From Octopus vulgaris (Eukaryota): 64,000 bases of DNA. The stretch spans positions 54,064,001-54,128,000 of the forward strand of contig OX597822.1 in assembly GCA_951406725.2 (NCBI GenBank), in the 5' to 3' direction. Below the pieces are notes generated by a model. The model ran no database searches, had not been told where the DNA came from, and saw only the letters and a list, made by a program, of their open reading frames with translations. The translations under genes were made by a program, and so were the position numbers. Positions 1 to 13,239 of the stretch are shown here, one piece after another (the first letter of the stretch is position 1; each line of letters starts with the position of its first letter).

Positions 1-574
1 AAGGCGTTGCCCCGGAGGATAGCGAAGAATTGGTCTCTTGTACACCACGAAGTCCCCCCGCCAAAAAAAAAAAAAAAAGAAAAAAAGATTAACGAACATC
101 TAATTTAATCTGTGGATATCAGACTATGCTTGAGAAATGAAGTCCAATTTCACTCCTAATATAGTATTATATAAAAGCATTTTATTAGTCGAAATTATGC
201 CTTTTCTACTTACATTTCTCTAGTAGCATATTGGTTTTGTTCTTGCTCTTTATAACTACAAAGATATCTTTCCTAAAAAAACAATATTTCTTTAATATCC
301 TGTAAAAGTTTTTATAATTCTTGTAGAAAATACTCAACTCTTTAGAAATAGGTTACTAATATTTCTCTAAACGTCTCTACGCCAATATACCTAATCAAAT
401 GGAAGTATCATTTTTAGAATGTTTGTAAGGTACATCTACGTATGTATGTATGATTCTTTTTTACTTTCATTTTTCTTCTTGAGAGAGTTCAAGCCAGTCG
501 CTAACAAAGCGACAAATCTTTTTGAGTTAAGAGGTTTCCAGGTATTTGTAAATATGCGGTTGATTTGGTCTGTT

Positions 575-792
575 GGTTGACCCCACAAATCTTCGCTGTG
601 CTACTAATAAATTGGATTTGGAGGATCTGCGTCACTTTCTTTCGCTCTTTCTTCGCGAAACTGAGTATTTCTAGGCTTTTGTACAAATTTGTTGGTACAT
701 AACCTAATGCACCGATGATGATAGGTGCAAATGAGAATTCATAGTCAGGGTACAAGAACTGTAAGTTCCGCTTTAATTCGTCATAAATGTTT
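575..792 (-). pseudogene. C-terminal restriction-like endonuclease (RLE) fragment of a non-LTR retrotransposon (R4/NeSL-like group)
   Basis: Minus frame reads NIYDELKRNLQFLYPDYEFSFAPIIIGALGYVPTNL...KIC. The Y..L...L...PIIIGALG motif is typical of the end of RLE-type LINE ORFs. A related fragment lies at 53760-54110. Confidence 0.7.
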
Positions 793-1140
793 TGTTATAT
801 ACACACATATTTACATATATTTACATATTTATATGTGTACACACACATACGTATATACATACATACATGAATGTATACATACCTACACATTAACCAACCA
901 CATCACCACTATACTTCGTCACTACTCTTCCACTACACACACACATGCTTCAAAAAACATATAAACACCTACCTCTTATTAGAATATCATGGAAGCACAC
1001 CTATACGTACTCCATTTCTCTCTTTTTAATTCGCTCCACAAAACTGCATTCCCACCTGGCTCCCAACCACCTCACCCATATTTTACCTCACTAGCCACAT
1101 TTTCTTCTTCACTCTCCTTTTTGTAGTTTTTCTCTATTTT

Positions 1141-1270
1141 CTTTTGGTGAAAGGACTAGCGACCGAAACGTCGAAGCTGTTTCCCTGCCTTATAAGCTTT
1201 GAGTAGTACATTTATTAAAACTTGTCCCTCCTGTGTTGTCTTCTTTCATTATGTGTCCATTGCTTTCATT
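1141..1270 (+). mobile_element. Penelope-like terminal fragment with degenerate minimal hammerhead motif
   Basis: TTGGTGA-aaGG-actagcga-CC-GAAAC-GTC at 1144-1172 resembles CTGATGA..GAAACGTC with a palindromic ACGT stem III, followed by a T-rich tail ending in (AT)n. The core has substitutions. Confidence 0.4.
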
Positions 1271-1969
1271 ATATACATATGAAGCGAATCGCTGCCCAGT
1301 TTCTTAGCCAGGATTCGAGTTAAAAAACAAACTCCGTCGGGTAATCTATACAATATCTTTCAAAGTGTTTACAGGACTCCGTATAGTTTCAGCTTCGGTA
1401 TACACAAGAGTTATTACTTCACCTGTAATAAGTCTTATCGTTCATTGTGTTCACCAGTTTATTGGATCAAGGACAGAGCAGTAACTATCAATCATATATT
1501 TGTTACATAAGCGAAACTCAAAGCTGTTTTCATTGTCTTTCTTTATTCAAACTGATTACTGTTTGAGCAAGCGATCGGTGGCGTTCGCCGCTGTCTACTC
1601 ATGTTTCTCAACTGACCTTAATACAATATATGTTTGAGTTGAACAAGATACCTTCACATCACTGACTACGAACACTGATATCGTTTCTTTTATCATAGTG
1701 ACATTTCATGTTCACACGACGCGTGTAAGTCTGAAAGGATAATATAAATTACAGCGCTCACTTTCTTAATTCATATGCACAGCATTTCAACAATAGGCGT
1801 TGTTATTATTTGCTGAAAACTCTCAGCTTACTTTGTTGGGTATGGTGGAAAGTGTCAGCTGTCCACAGCTAGTAGACTAAGATGACACTTGTTTACTGGT
1901 CATGCTTCAAAAACTCCACGAAATGAATTTTATAGCCATCGAAAATGGGTGCAAAGACTCATGCCTCAT

Positions 1970-4490
1970 AAATTTTGGTCTCGCTGATGGCCACCATATC
2001 AATATTCAGAGACTTGAGATCGTTGAGCAAACCCTTCTTTCAGGATGACCCCAAGAGGTGAGCATCTATGCAGCCTATTCTAAGTAAGGCCATGTTAAAT
2101 AAAGAATGGGAAAGAGTGGGAGAGACCATTTACCTTAGTCTTTTGAAGGAAGGACGGAGGCTCCATCCCTTCTGGCCAGTTCTTCTCAAGAATGTCTGTG
2201 TTATCTTTTTTATAGTGTTCCTCAGCAGTCCTCAACTGCCTCAGAAACTTTCTTTTTTTAACATTGCATACTTTTTTGGTCTATGGGAATAATTTTTGTG
2301 TGTGGATGGTGCGATTTCTGGGAGTGTTATGAAATTTGTTTCCGGTATGCCGGTGTAGTGTTATATGTAGTGAAGTAGATTTTTGTTATTAATGTTTATT
2401 GCTGTGTAGTCTGTGGTGTTTGTATCTTTTTGCTGTTGTTATTGTTGGTGCGGATGAGGGCTTGGTTGTGTTTGGAATGTTTTCTGTTGTGTTGCCGATG
2501 CTGGTTGAGGAGGTGAGCTTGGTGCTATTGATGTTCGTGATGGTGGTCTTGCTGCTAGTGATGGTGAATTGGATGGTACTGTTGAGCTTAGTGTTGTGTG
2601 TCCTTTGTTTGTGGTCCGTTTTTGGAGTCGTCGTTTTTGTGGGTTTATTGCCTACTTTTTTCTTGTTTATTCACAATTTGCCACTCTCCCTCACAGCTAC
2701 ACCCCATGTCCAAATTGGGTAGGGGCATGTCTTCTATTTGTGGTGTTGTTACATGTATTGGTGTTGCTTCTAGCATAGTTGATGGTGATGGGGCTCCTGT
2801 TACTGTTGCTGCCGCTGCTGTTGTTGACACTGGTAGGGTTTTTGGTGTTATAACGGCCGCAGTTGGCGCCAGTGTCGGATGTGATGTAGGCAGATGTGAT
2901 CTTATCTGTTTGGTCGTTTGCTGAGAGTAGAAATTCTTCAGGCGCATTTTCGCGTCACATGTATAACTCCTTGACCTTCTGCTCTCTCCGGTCAAAGAGA
3001 GGTGGGTGCCGTCCACAAAGTCTGTTATGTTTGGGGATGGCATAGATGTTATCTTGGTTCGTTTTGGATTAGACTAGACCATGACCAATTTTCAGTTTTT
3101 ATTTTCCTTACTTCAAGGATCTGTCTGCTGTCCTCAACATCCACGAAAACAGTTTCCACGATCCAGGGAATAGTTATTGCGGGCGGCACCTTGATTACTT
3201 TTGTTTTTACCAATCTTTACTCACATTATACTGGTAGCAGAGTGATCTCTTCGCTCCTGAGTGGTATGAGGGAGTGTTTTCTTGCTTCCTCTGGTGTTTC
3301 AAAGAATACGTCCACCGTCCCAAAGCCCCTACCTCGAGTGATATGGGTTTTGCGTTCCTATATGCTGATTCTGTGATTCCTCTTTTTTAACATCTTTTCG
3401 ACCTCTCTTAATTCATCCTCGTTTACTGTAAGTGCTTCCGTATTTTTTATCCGCAAAGGAAACAGCTGGTTTTGGGGAATCCATATGTGTTGTGTTGAGA
3501 GGATCACACATAAGTCACCATTTATTTTACCGCTGCTCTTGTTATTGATGTTATTTTGTCTATGTTGTTTTTGTCATTGTGTTGCTGCTGTTCTCCGTGC
3601 CACTGCTACTTTTGTGATTTTCTCCTGTTATATTCTTTGTTGCAGAGTGTGTGGGGTTGGTGTTGGTAGTGGAGATGGCAGTGCTTCCGTTAGTATTATT
3701 GTAGCTTTTTGTTATTGGTATTTTCCCCTGCTGAAGGCGGCGAGCTGGCAGAAACGTTAGCACGCCGGGCGAAATGATTTGCAGTATTTTGTCTGCCGCT
3801 ACGTTCTGAGTTCAAATTCCGCCGAGGTCGGCTTTGCCTTTTATCCTTTCGGGGTCGATTAAATAAGTACCAGCTACGCACTGGGGTCGATATAATCGAC
3901 TTAATCCGTTTGTCTGTCCTTGTTTGTTCTCCCTGTGTCTAGCCCCTTGTAGGTAGTAAAGAAATAGGTATTTCGTCTGCCGTTACGTTCTGAGTTGAAA
4001 TTCCGCCGAGGTCGACTTTGCCTTTTATCTTTTCGGAGTCGATAAATTAAGTACCAGTTACGCCCTGGAGTCGATATAATCGATTTTATCCCTTTGTCTG
4101 TCCTTGTTTGTCCCCCTCTGTGTTTAGCCCCTTGTGGGTAGTAAAGAAATAGGTATTTTCCCCGGCTGCGTCTGCTATGGCAATATTGTAACTTTTAGCA
4201 GTGGGAAATTTGTCTCGTACTTTTCCTTTGCTGATGTGTTTTGCTTTTTTTATTGCTGGCGACGGTCTTTTGTTGTCTGTAGTCATGTTAGTGGAAACGC
4301 TGGTGACGTTGGTGGCAGTGGTGGTAGTGTTGGTGCTATTAATTCCTAAAAAATTTCTAGTTTTATCGCGTGGGTTTTTCTTTCCACTCTTCTATTTCGT
4401 GAAATGGGAAGGGATGTTCGCTTCTACCTTTTTTTTCTTAGGATTTTTTTATGGGCGTAATTTGAAAATAAAATTGCAGAGGCCCAAATA
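1970..4490 (-). mobile_element. Decayed L1/Tx1-like LINE: 5' region, ORF1 remnant and first ~40 codons of ORF2
   Basis: ORF1-like frame with stops (ITRGRGFGTVDVFFETPEEARKHSL...VIKVPPAI), a degenerate Zn-knuckle (RSYTCDAKMRLKNF) and a Thr/Pro-rich tail. ATG at 2093 then reads MALLRIGCIDAHLLGSS*KKGLLNDLKSLNIDMVAISETKI, the start of an APE endonuclease. Confidence 0.65.
3734..4151 (+). mobile_element. Two tandem copies of tRNA-derived SINE family A (Meta-domain-like centre) inserted in the LINE
   Basis: Head AAGGCGGCGAGCTGGCAGAA, B-box-like GAGTTCAAATTCC, centre CCTTT(C/T)ATCCTTTCGGGGTCGAT..AAGTACCAG, tail ..AAAGAAAT. Flanked by GGTATTTTCCCC(T/G)GCTG at 3717-3733 and 4152-4168 (TSD). Confidence 0.85.
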
Positions 4491-4810
4491 TTAGCAGGTC
4501 ATCTATTTCGGTCAGTAACGTATTTATTTTTTTCGTTTTTGATTTGGTTTGCAAGATTCTTTATATGAGTTCGTGTGTTGAAGCATATTCTGTTGTGTCT
4601 GGGGAGAGTCATTTTTGACTCTTCCCAGACACAACAGAATGTATTTATTGTTTGTAACAATTATTTAGTTTGTAACAAAACTTATAACAATGAACGTTAG
4701 GCAAACAAGTGAAAATCAAAACTTGAGCTACCAATAATAATAATAATAATGGTTTCAATTTTGGCACAGGACTAGCAAGTTCGGAGGAGGGGCAAGTCGA
4801 TTACATCGAC

Positions 4811-6959
4811 CAGGAGTTGTAAATACTTGATTGAAACCTTTCCAATCAATTATTTTCCTAGTAATCAATTAATTTTAATCGGGATACAGGCCAATTGATT
4901 ATTGCAAGTAATTGTCAAATATTTTGCCGAACGTAAAAATACCATATATTTTGGAGTGTTTAGCTTCGATTTAGATAAGAGCCAAAATGATAGGAAAATA
5001 AAAGGCATGTCTTATAGTTTCAAAAAACTTTATTTTCAGAAAAAAAGTTTAATTTTATTGATTTAGAATAGGGAACAAACAACATGCATACTCTACATTG
5101 TACAGAAGTTAAAAAACAAATAAATTGAAAGCCTTTAATTGAAAGAGTTTCTCAAACGAATAGCACAATTAAAATGCTCTGACTTTTAGGAATAATTGCA
5201 TTTCTAAATTAATTGGTGTTAAGTATTGCCGAAAAATCATTAAAAGCGTAACCTGCTGAGCTGAAGAAACATTCCAAGATGTTGGACGTTGGTAACAAGA
5301 ATCTACAGTTCAGATATTGCTGAGGAGAAATTTGAGCTTCTTACTGTTTTTTCAAACAAATTGAAGCAAAACCACCATCTTCTACAGGTAAAGCAGTCTG
5401 CTATGAGGTGTCTGTCACTATTTTCAGATGATGTAGAGCAGCCACTTCATCCGCAGTTAGCTCTGCTCCTGCATGTTGTAAAATTTTCACAACTTCACTT
5501 TCAAAATCTGGGTTGTGCACAATCGCTGCTGATTGAAGTAAATATTTAAAAAACCCTTCTCAAGGATACAATGTGAGAATTTCTTCAAAAAGAATTCGAG
5601 CATCTCCCAAATCTATTTCTGTTTTTTCCCGAAGTTTACCTGCAAGTTTTAATGATTTTAGTTTGCCCATCAACATATTAATTTTATCAAGCAGAACTTA
5701 CAACTTGTTGAGATAAGCAGAAACAGCTAGATTGAATTTATGAGAGACTCATCCAATCAATGGTATTCTACACAAATTCACTATAGATTTGTTCACTTCA
5801 GTATTATCTCCAGTAATAGTTACATTTACTAAATTTTTGTTATAGACGCTTAAAAAATAATCTATAAATTTGACATAATCAGAGGCAGCGAATGATGTTT
5901 CACTCACCATGGGTGAAAATGCCAGCAAAACAGTACAATAGTCATTTTGATAATTGCACGAATAAGATGCAAAAAGTCCAATGAAATGCGTCAAACCCTT
6001 AGTCCAACCGTTGATTACCAACGAAAATTTACTTGGAAGTTCATCAAATATTTTCTTTTCCACTTCTTGAGTAAGTTTCTCGATGTATTCCTTTAAGGTC
6101 ACATTTGCCACACTTCCCAAGTTCGTGTACTTATGAGTCAGTGGGTCTTCAGCAAAGGAAAGTGATTTAAACCAACACATACCCACTCAATCCAACCATA
6201 AACATTTAAGGCCGAAAACTCGGAATTCGGGATACAACTTCGTTGCAGGCGAAGTTACGATTTAATGACTTGAAGACATGCGTGAACCATTCTCTGCAGC
6301 CAGAACCAAAAATCACTCGACAGCGCTTGTGTTGTAGAATACTCTGGAAGCTGTTTTTTTATGATTCATAAAATTTGTCCATTCAATTCCGATTTTCTGG
6401 GTCAGCTTTTTTCCACACTTGCATTTCCATACATGTTTGGTTAAAATATTTTCTGACGATTTGCTCGTTTTCACGCGGCATGGGTTAGTTTAAAATAAAA
6501 GATATTTCGCCACAGTTTAAAATAGAAAACATTTCTGATTCAGTTTAATATGTTGAAGAAAACTCGGAATTCAGGATACAACTGCGTTGCGGGCGAAGTT
6601 ACAATTTAATGCCTTGAAGACAGAACGTGTGAATCATTCTCGGCAGTTAGAACCAAGAATAATTCGACAGTGATTATTTAACAACATTGACAATAGTCAA
6701 TTCCTAGGCCCGACAGAATGTATGAATCATTCTCAGCCGTCAGTACAAAGCGTCAACACAATGCCTCAAATAATAACAGAACCCTGTATTTGCCAATTGA
6801 ACGTCGAATGAAATATGAGCCATTTGAAAAGCTTTCGTTGACAATGTTGCAATTAATTGATATGATAGTAATCAATTATTTAACTGGCAGTATGACTCTA
6901 ATGTATTTACCCAATATATTACAATTAATTTTTCATCAAATACTTTTTTATAACCCCTG
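4811..6959 (-). mobile_element. hAT-superfamily DNA transposon with decayed transposase
   Basis: Imperfect TIRs CAGGAGTTGTAAA.. / ..TTATAACCCCTG and an exact 8-bp TSD ACATCGAC (4803-4810, 6960-6967). Minus-strand BED-like WKCKCGKK..WTNFMNHI, catalytic region FSLVINGWT..HFIGLF and a C-terminal FSSAG..LEMQLFL motif. It interrupts a family-A-type SINE. Confidence 0.85.
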
Positions 6960-7059
6960 ACATCGACACCAATTCTCAATTGGTATTTATTTTATCGACC
7001 CTCAAGAGGTGAAAAGGCATTATTCCCGCTGTGCTAACAATTTTGCCAGCTCGCCGCCT

Positions 7060-7330
7060 TCGGAGCGCAAACAACTAAGTTCGAGAAATATGTCAGAGAA
7101 AAGGGATTCACATGGAAGCAGGCCAAGCCCCCAAACTGCTCTGCTGGGGGAAGCTAGGATTTTGAGATTGATACTTGGATGTTGAATGTTTTTTTTTTAA
7201 TTAACAACCAAGTATTAAAGCTTATACTGTGCGGACAAAGATCCTGTGAGACATCGGACAACAGGCTGCTGTCCGCTCTCACAGAATCAACCAGAGCAAA
7301 CAAGACCGAGCTCTCTGAGAAGTAAAACGA
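7060..7330 (+). mobile_element. 3' end of R4/Dong-like LINE
   Basis: Frame ends TALLGEARILRLILGC*, matching the TALLGTARILR C-terminus of R4-clade ORFs, followed by a 3' UTR and (GAT/AAT) repeats. Confidence 0.55.
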
Positions 7331-7429
7331 TAATGATAATGATGATGGAGATGGTGGTTTCAAAAACTTTGGGAAAGACTAGCAATATTTGAGTAGGAGT
7401 AAGATCTGTGCTCAAACGGTACTTATTTT

Positions 7430-7651
7430 AAGGCGGCGAGCTGGCAGAAACGTTAGCACGCCGGGCAAAATGCGTAACAGTATTTCGTCTGCCGTTATGT
7501 TCTGAGTTCAAATTCCACCAAGGTCGACTTTGCCTTTCATCCTTTCGGGGTCGATAAATTAAGTACCAGTTACGCACTGGGGTCGATATAATCGACTTAA
7601 TCCGTTTGTCTGTCCTCTCTGTGTTTAGCCCCTTGTGGGTAGTAAAGAAAT
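7430..7651 (+). mobile_element. SINE family A, full length
   Basis: Same head, centre and tail as 3734-3967. Nested in an older opposite-strand copy with GGTACTTATTTTA on both sides. Confidence 0.85.
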
Positions 7652-8211
7652 GGGTACTTATTTTATCGACTCCAAAAGGATGACAGACGAAGCCAACCTC
7701 GGTAGAATTTGAACTTGAAGACGGGCAAAATACCGGAAAGCAGTTTGTCCTGCGTGCTAACGATTCTACCAGCTCGCTGCTTTGTTGCAGCAACTATAAA
7801 TAATAAAGTTAAACGTCTAATTATTGTTGTATTTTATTGTAGTCTAATCCATCCTAATTACTAATGACGCGTTAACTAGATTTACTAATGACCATTTGTT
7901 TGAAACAGATGGAATTATAATGTCTGCGTTTTGTTTACGCTATCAACTTTTATCAATTCTTTCTCATACATTTTGTTTTTAACTTGTATTCAAATTTATT
8001 TATTTATTTATTTATCTATTTAAATTATTTATTTTGTATGCGTTTTGTGATTGGTTGATTCTTGTTGGAACAGCATTGATAATTAATGTTTTACTTTAGT
8101 GTTTCTTGTCAGGAATTTTTTTTTAACAATTAGAATTAAAAAACACTTTCAGCCTAGTCAATTCTTTTTTCGTTTTCCGTCAATTATTTATTTAGGTTAT
8201 TATTATTATTC

Positions 8212-8662
8212 AGGCGGTGAACTGGGAGAATCGTTAGCGCGCAGGACGAAATGCTTAGAGGTATTTCGTCGCTACATTCTGAGTTCAAATTCCGCCGAGT
8301 TTGGCATTGCCTTTCATACATTCGGAGTCGATAAAATAAGTATCACTTGAACACTGGGGTCGAGGTAATCGACTCATCCTCTCCCCCTTATGGAAGAATT
8401 TGAAACTATTATTATTATTACTATTAGTATTATTATTGTTGTTGTTATTAAGGTGGCGAGCTGGCAGAATCGTTAGCACGCCAAGAAAATGGCTAGCGGT
8501 ATTTCGCCCGTTGCTACGTTCTGTGTTCAAGTTCTGCCGAAGTCGAATTTGCCTTTCACCCTTTCGAGGTCGATAAATTAAGTGCCAGTTGCGTACTGGG
8601 GTCGATCTAATCGACTGCCCCCCCCCACCAAATTCAGGTCTTGTGCCTCTAGTAGAAAGGAT
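8212..8662 (+). mobile_element. Two older SINE family A-related copies ending in (ATT)n
   Basis: GGCGGTGAACTGG/GGTGGCGAGCTGG heads, GAGTTCAAATTCC box, ..GGTCGATAAA..AAGT centre, alternative tail into (TTA)n. Confidence 0.75.
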
Positions 8663-8976
8663 TATTATTATTATGATTATTATTAGTAGTAGTAGCAGAA
8701 AGATCGCCCTCCGGGCGGTTTTCTGCTAGCCCCTTGTTAATATTTTCACATTTGATTCCCAATTCTAATAATTTTTATATTACACGGCTATTTCTCTGTA
8801 TGATAGTGCTCACTTGCTTAGTAAGTATTGCTTTCATCATTTTATCAGTCATAATCTCTCTATTTTAAACAAACATCATGGTAGTCCAACAACAGAGGAA
8901 TTAGCAGTTTGTTAAATTTTAACTTCTCCTCAAAGCAACATAGAGATTTCCATCCAGCAGTCCTTCTGTAGCTTTG

Positions 8977-9024
<48 letters not shown>

Positions 9025-9746
9025 AAGGGGGAGAACACATTGTAAACAATGAATGAAATAAACATGAAATGAAAAAATCGTATAAATAAAAGGGCATTAA
9101 TACAGATTATAAATCCCTAACTTTGTTGCTTCATAACAACACGAAAAAAAAAAGAATACTTTTTAACAAAATTTTCTTCAAATACCTCTTAGATGTTGTG
9201 GCTTCAGAGTATATAGGGATTTATGAAAAAGAATTTTCCCGAGGGGATGGAGAGAGGAATTTTGGAAAATTAACACAATCTGACTTTTTTCCCTCATAAC
9301 TTTCAGGAAGATGGGTGTCTTTTAATGAAAATTTATACAAATCCCTTTCAAACGGCATAGATTACGATTATAAAGAAATTTGTGGGGAAATTTTCTCAGG
9401 GATTTTCCTCCTTTTTTTAACCACAGCTTTCGAAATGAGGAGGTGGAGTAGGGCATTTTTGTATGGAAAAAGTTTTGTAAACTCATTTTTCATATCCCCT
9501 CCCTCATCACCCCACTCCAGACCTATTTTGGTCAATTTTCTTTTTCACTTCAAAAACTATGGGGAGAGTATTTTCGGTAAATTTTTCTTTTTAAATTGTT
9601 AATATTTTCAGAGGGAAAAGTGAGTGATTTAAGAGTGATTTTGCTGTTGTTTCTAGCACATCCAAAGACACCCCTCCTCGTTTCTTTATCACTCTTGCAT
9701 GTATTGATGTTTTTCAATATTCCCCTCCCCCCCATAAATACATTTA

Positions 9747-10150
9747 TCTCTATATATATAAAACTGAGAATGTGTGTGTGTCTATCTGTCTGTCTGTGTG
9801 TTTCCTTAAAACTTGAGAACTACACAACCAATTTCATTCAAATTTTACACATGCCTTACTTAGGGTCCGGGGAGTGTCATCGGCAAAATAATGTTTAACT
9901 TTTTGCCTAGGGCGAGCCCACAGCAATACCATATCTTCTCCACTACGATTCCCTAAAGCTTGAGAACTACACAACCAATTTCATTCAAATTTTACACATG
10001 CCTTACTTAGGGGCCATGTAGATTCATGGGCAAAAGAAATGTTCAACTTCTTGCCTAGGGCGAGTCCATAGCAATATCATATCTTCTCCACTATTTCAGT
10101 ATTACGTGTTAAAAGTGAAACAAAAATATTTCTCTATTTTATGTCAGATA
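9747..10150 (+). mobile_element. 5' part of a non-autonomous Helitron-like element with internal ~147-bp duplication
   Basis: Starts A|TCTCTATATATATAAAA followed by a (GT)/(GTCT) microsatellite. CTTGAGAACTACACAACCAATTTCATTCAAATTTTACACATGCC occurs at ~9812 and ~9959. No 3' CTAG hairpin was located. Confidence 0.5.
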
Positions 10151-10828
10151 CTTTCACTTTAACAATAAAAATTAGAGATAATAATAAAAATTGAATTATA
10201 TGTGGTAAGTAATAATTAATATCAAACTAAAGTATAATATAATCGTAACATAATAAAAATTTAAAATAGCAATTGGTATAAAATTGCATCAATGACTGGA
10301 ACTTGAATAAGTGGTTTCACACGAATGTGAATAAATTGGTGTGCAGAAATGGAATAGTCGAGATGGAGCTGTGCACATACCGTTTACCATGGCTTTTACG
10401 TTAGATTATCTGCTAATTAGCTAGCATTAAGTATCTATATGAAGTTTGGCTGTATGTAATGTCTGTTTTCTCGAACAGCCGCTTCTACTGAGTACTGTTG
10501 TTGGTTTATTTCTTATACATAAAGGACTATAGCTTCAACTGTGTACTGCTTTTTAATTCACCGTAAGGTTTGTTGTTATTATTATTACTGTTTAACTATT
10601 GTTATCACGTTTATTGGTTCCTCGTAAGGGAAACGTTGCTGTGTTGCTTTTGTTAAATAATTGTAAACTGTAACTCCCCCCACCCCTTTGGGAGAAGGAG
10701 CTTTGGTTATTGTTTAAAAATTGAATTCTGTCCCTGTTTGGGGAATTTGACAATATTTTCACCGTTTATACGGAAGCATTTTTGTTAGAATGCCTTCCTT
10801 CGATAGAAGAAAGTCCAAAAATGAATTT

Positions 10829-10869
<41 letters not shown>

Positions 10870-11053
10870 ACCACACACACACATATATATATAAAGTATA
10901 AAAGCCATCTTAATATGGCTAACCACAAAAGGGGGGGAGTTATTGTAGCTTTTTAACCCCAGGAGATCATCGTCTCCAGCTGGCTTTAGACACCCTTTCT
11001 GTGCCCTTTAAGTATTTGCAAAGGGAGGCTATCCCTTTCTCGTTACCCTGAGT

Positions 11054-11107
11054 GATACGCACCGGACAGGTTTCGAGATTATTGTCTCTTATCAACGGGC
11101 GGTAATC
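11054..11107 (-). ncRNA. Type I hammerhead ribozyme with U3-A8 covariant core, within a ~0.3-kb repeat (~10893-11250)
   Basis: Minus strand GATTACCGCCCG-TTGATAA-GAGA caataa TCTC-GAAA-C ct GTC-CGGTGCGTATC. Stem II is 4 bp, stem I is bulged but extended, and the triplet is GUC. Confidence 0.6.
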
Positions 11108-11284
11108 AATAGGTCACGATGAACGACAAGGCCTGTTTGCAAAATATATAAGAGTTTTTCTAGTGACGTCTGCCACCGATTTCGAAAAACTGACTGTAAG
11201 CATTATTAAATCTCAGAACGAGATGTAAACAGTAAATAGCTGGTTCTATATATGGATTTCCTGGTGCAGGCTGGAACATTACAA

Positions 11285-12595
<1,311 letters not shown>

Positions 12596-12705
12596 AGTCA
12601 TAAACCATTTTTAAGTTCAACATCACAATCAAGGAACGGCCATAATAGGCCATTCACCCACTAGAAATAACAGCCAAAAGCTTTAACAATTCCGTAAACC
12701 AGGAG

Positions 12706-12750
<45 letters not shown>

Positions 12751-13132
12751 CCAAGCCGGAACAGATATTTTTCACGAGGCATTCTCGTTGCTACCTCGTC
12801 AATATCTGACCTAAAATTTTCAAATCGTCGCACTCGCGCCAAATTTATCGGCAGCAAATAAATATAAGCCGCCGATTCCATTACGGAATTAACCAGAAAA
12901 TTCATAATTAATCAATATAGGGTGGCAAAAAAAATTTTGTAGAATTCTTTTGCCACCAGCGGCCTAGTGGGAAAAAATTAAATAGTCATAAACCATTTTT
13001 AAGTTCAACATCACAATCAAGGAACGGCCATAATAGGCCATTCACCCACTAGAAATAACAGCCAAAAGCTTTAACCGCAAAATAACGTCAATTCCGTAAA
13101 CCAGGAGAAAATTAAAAAACATTTACCCTGTA

Positions 13133-13239
13133 ATTTCTTAGACGATGCATCGTTTCATCTACTGTTTAATGGAAAACTAACCTGATTAAATTAAATCAAG
13201 CCAATCTACCATAGGCCCTTAGATTCATCAGTAAGAAAT
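13133..13239 (-). ncRNA. Canonical type I hammerhead ribozyme (extended stem II)
   Basis: Minus strand ATTTCTTA-CTGATGA-ATCTA...TAGAT-GAAA-CGATGCATC-GTC-TAAGAAAT. Perfect 8-bp stem I, ATCTA/TAGAT stem II base and palindromic stem III ACGATGCATCGT. Cleavage predicted between 13141 and 13140. Confidence 0.9.
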
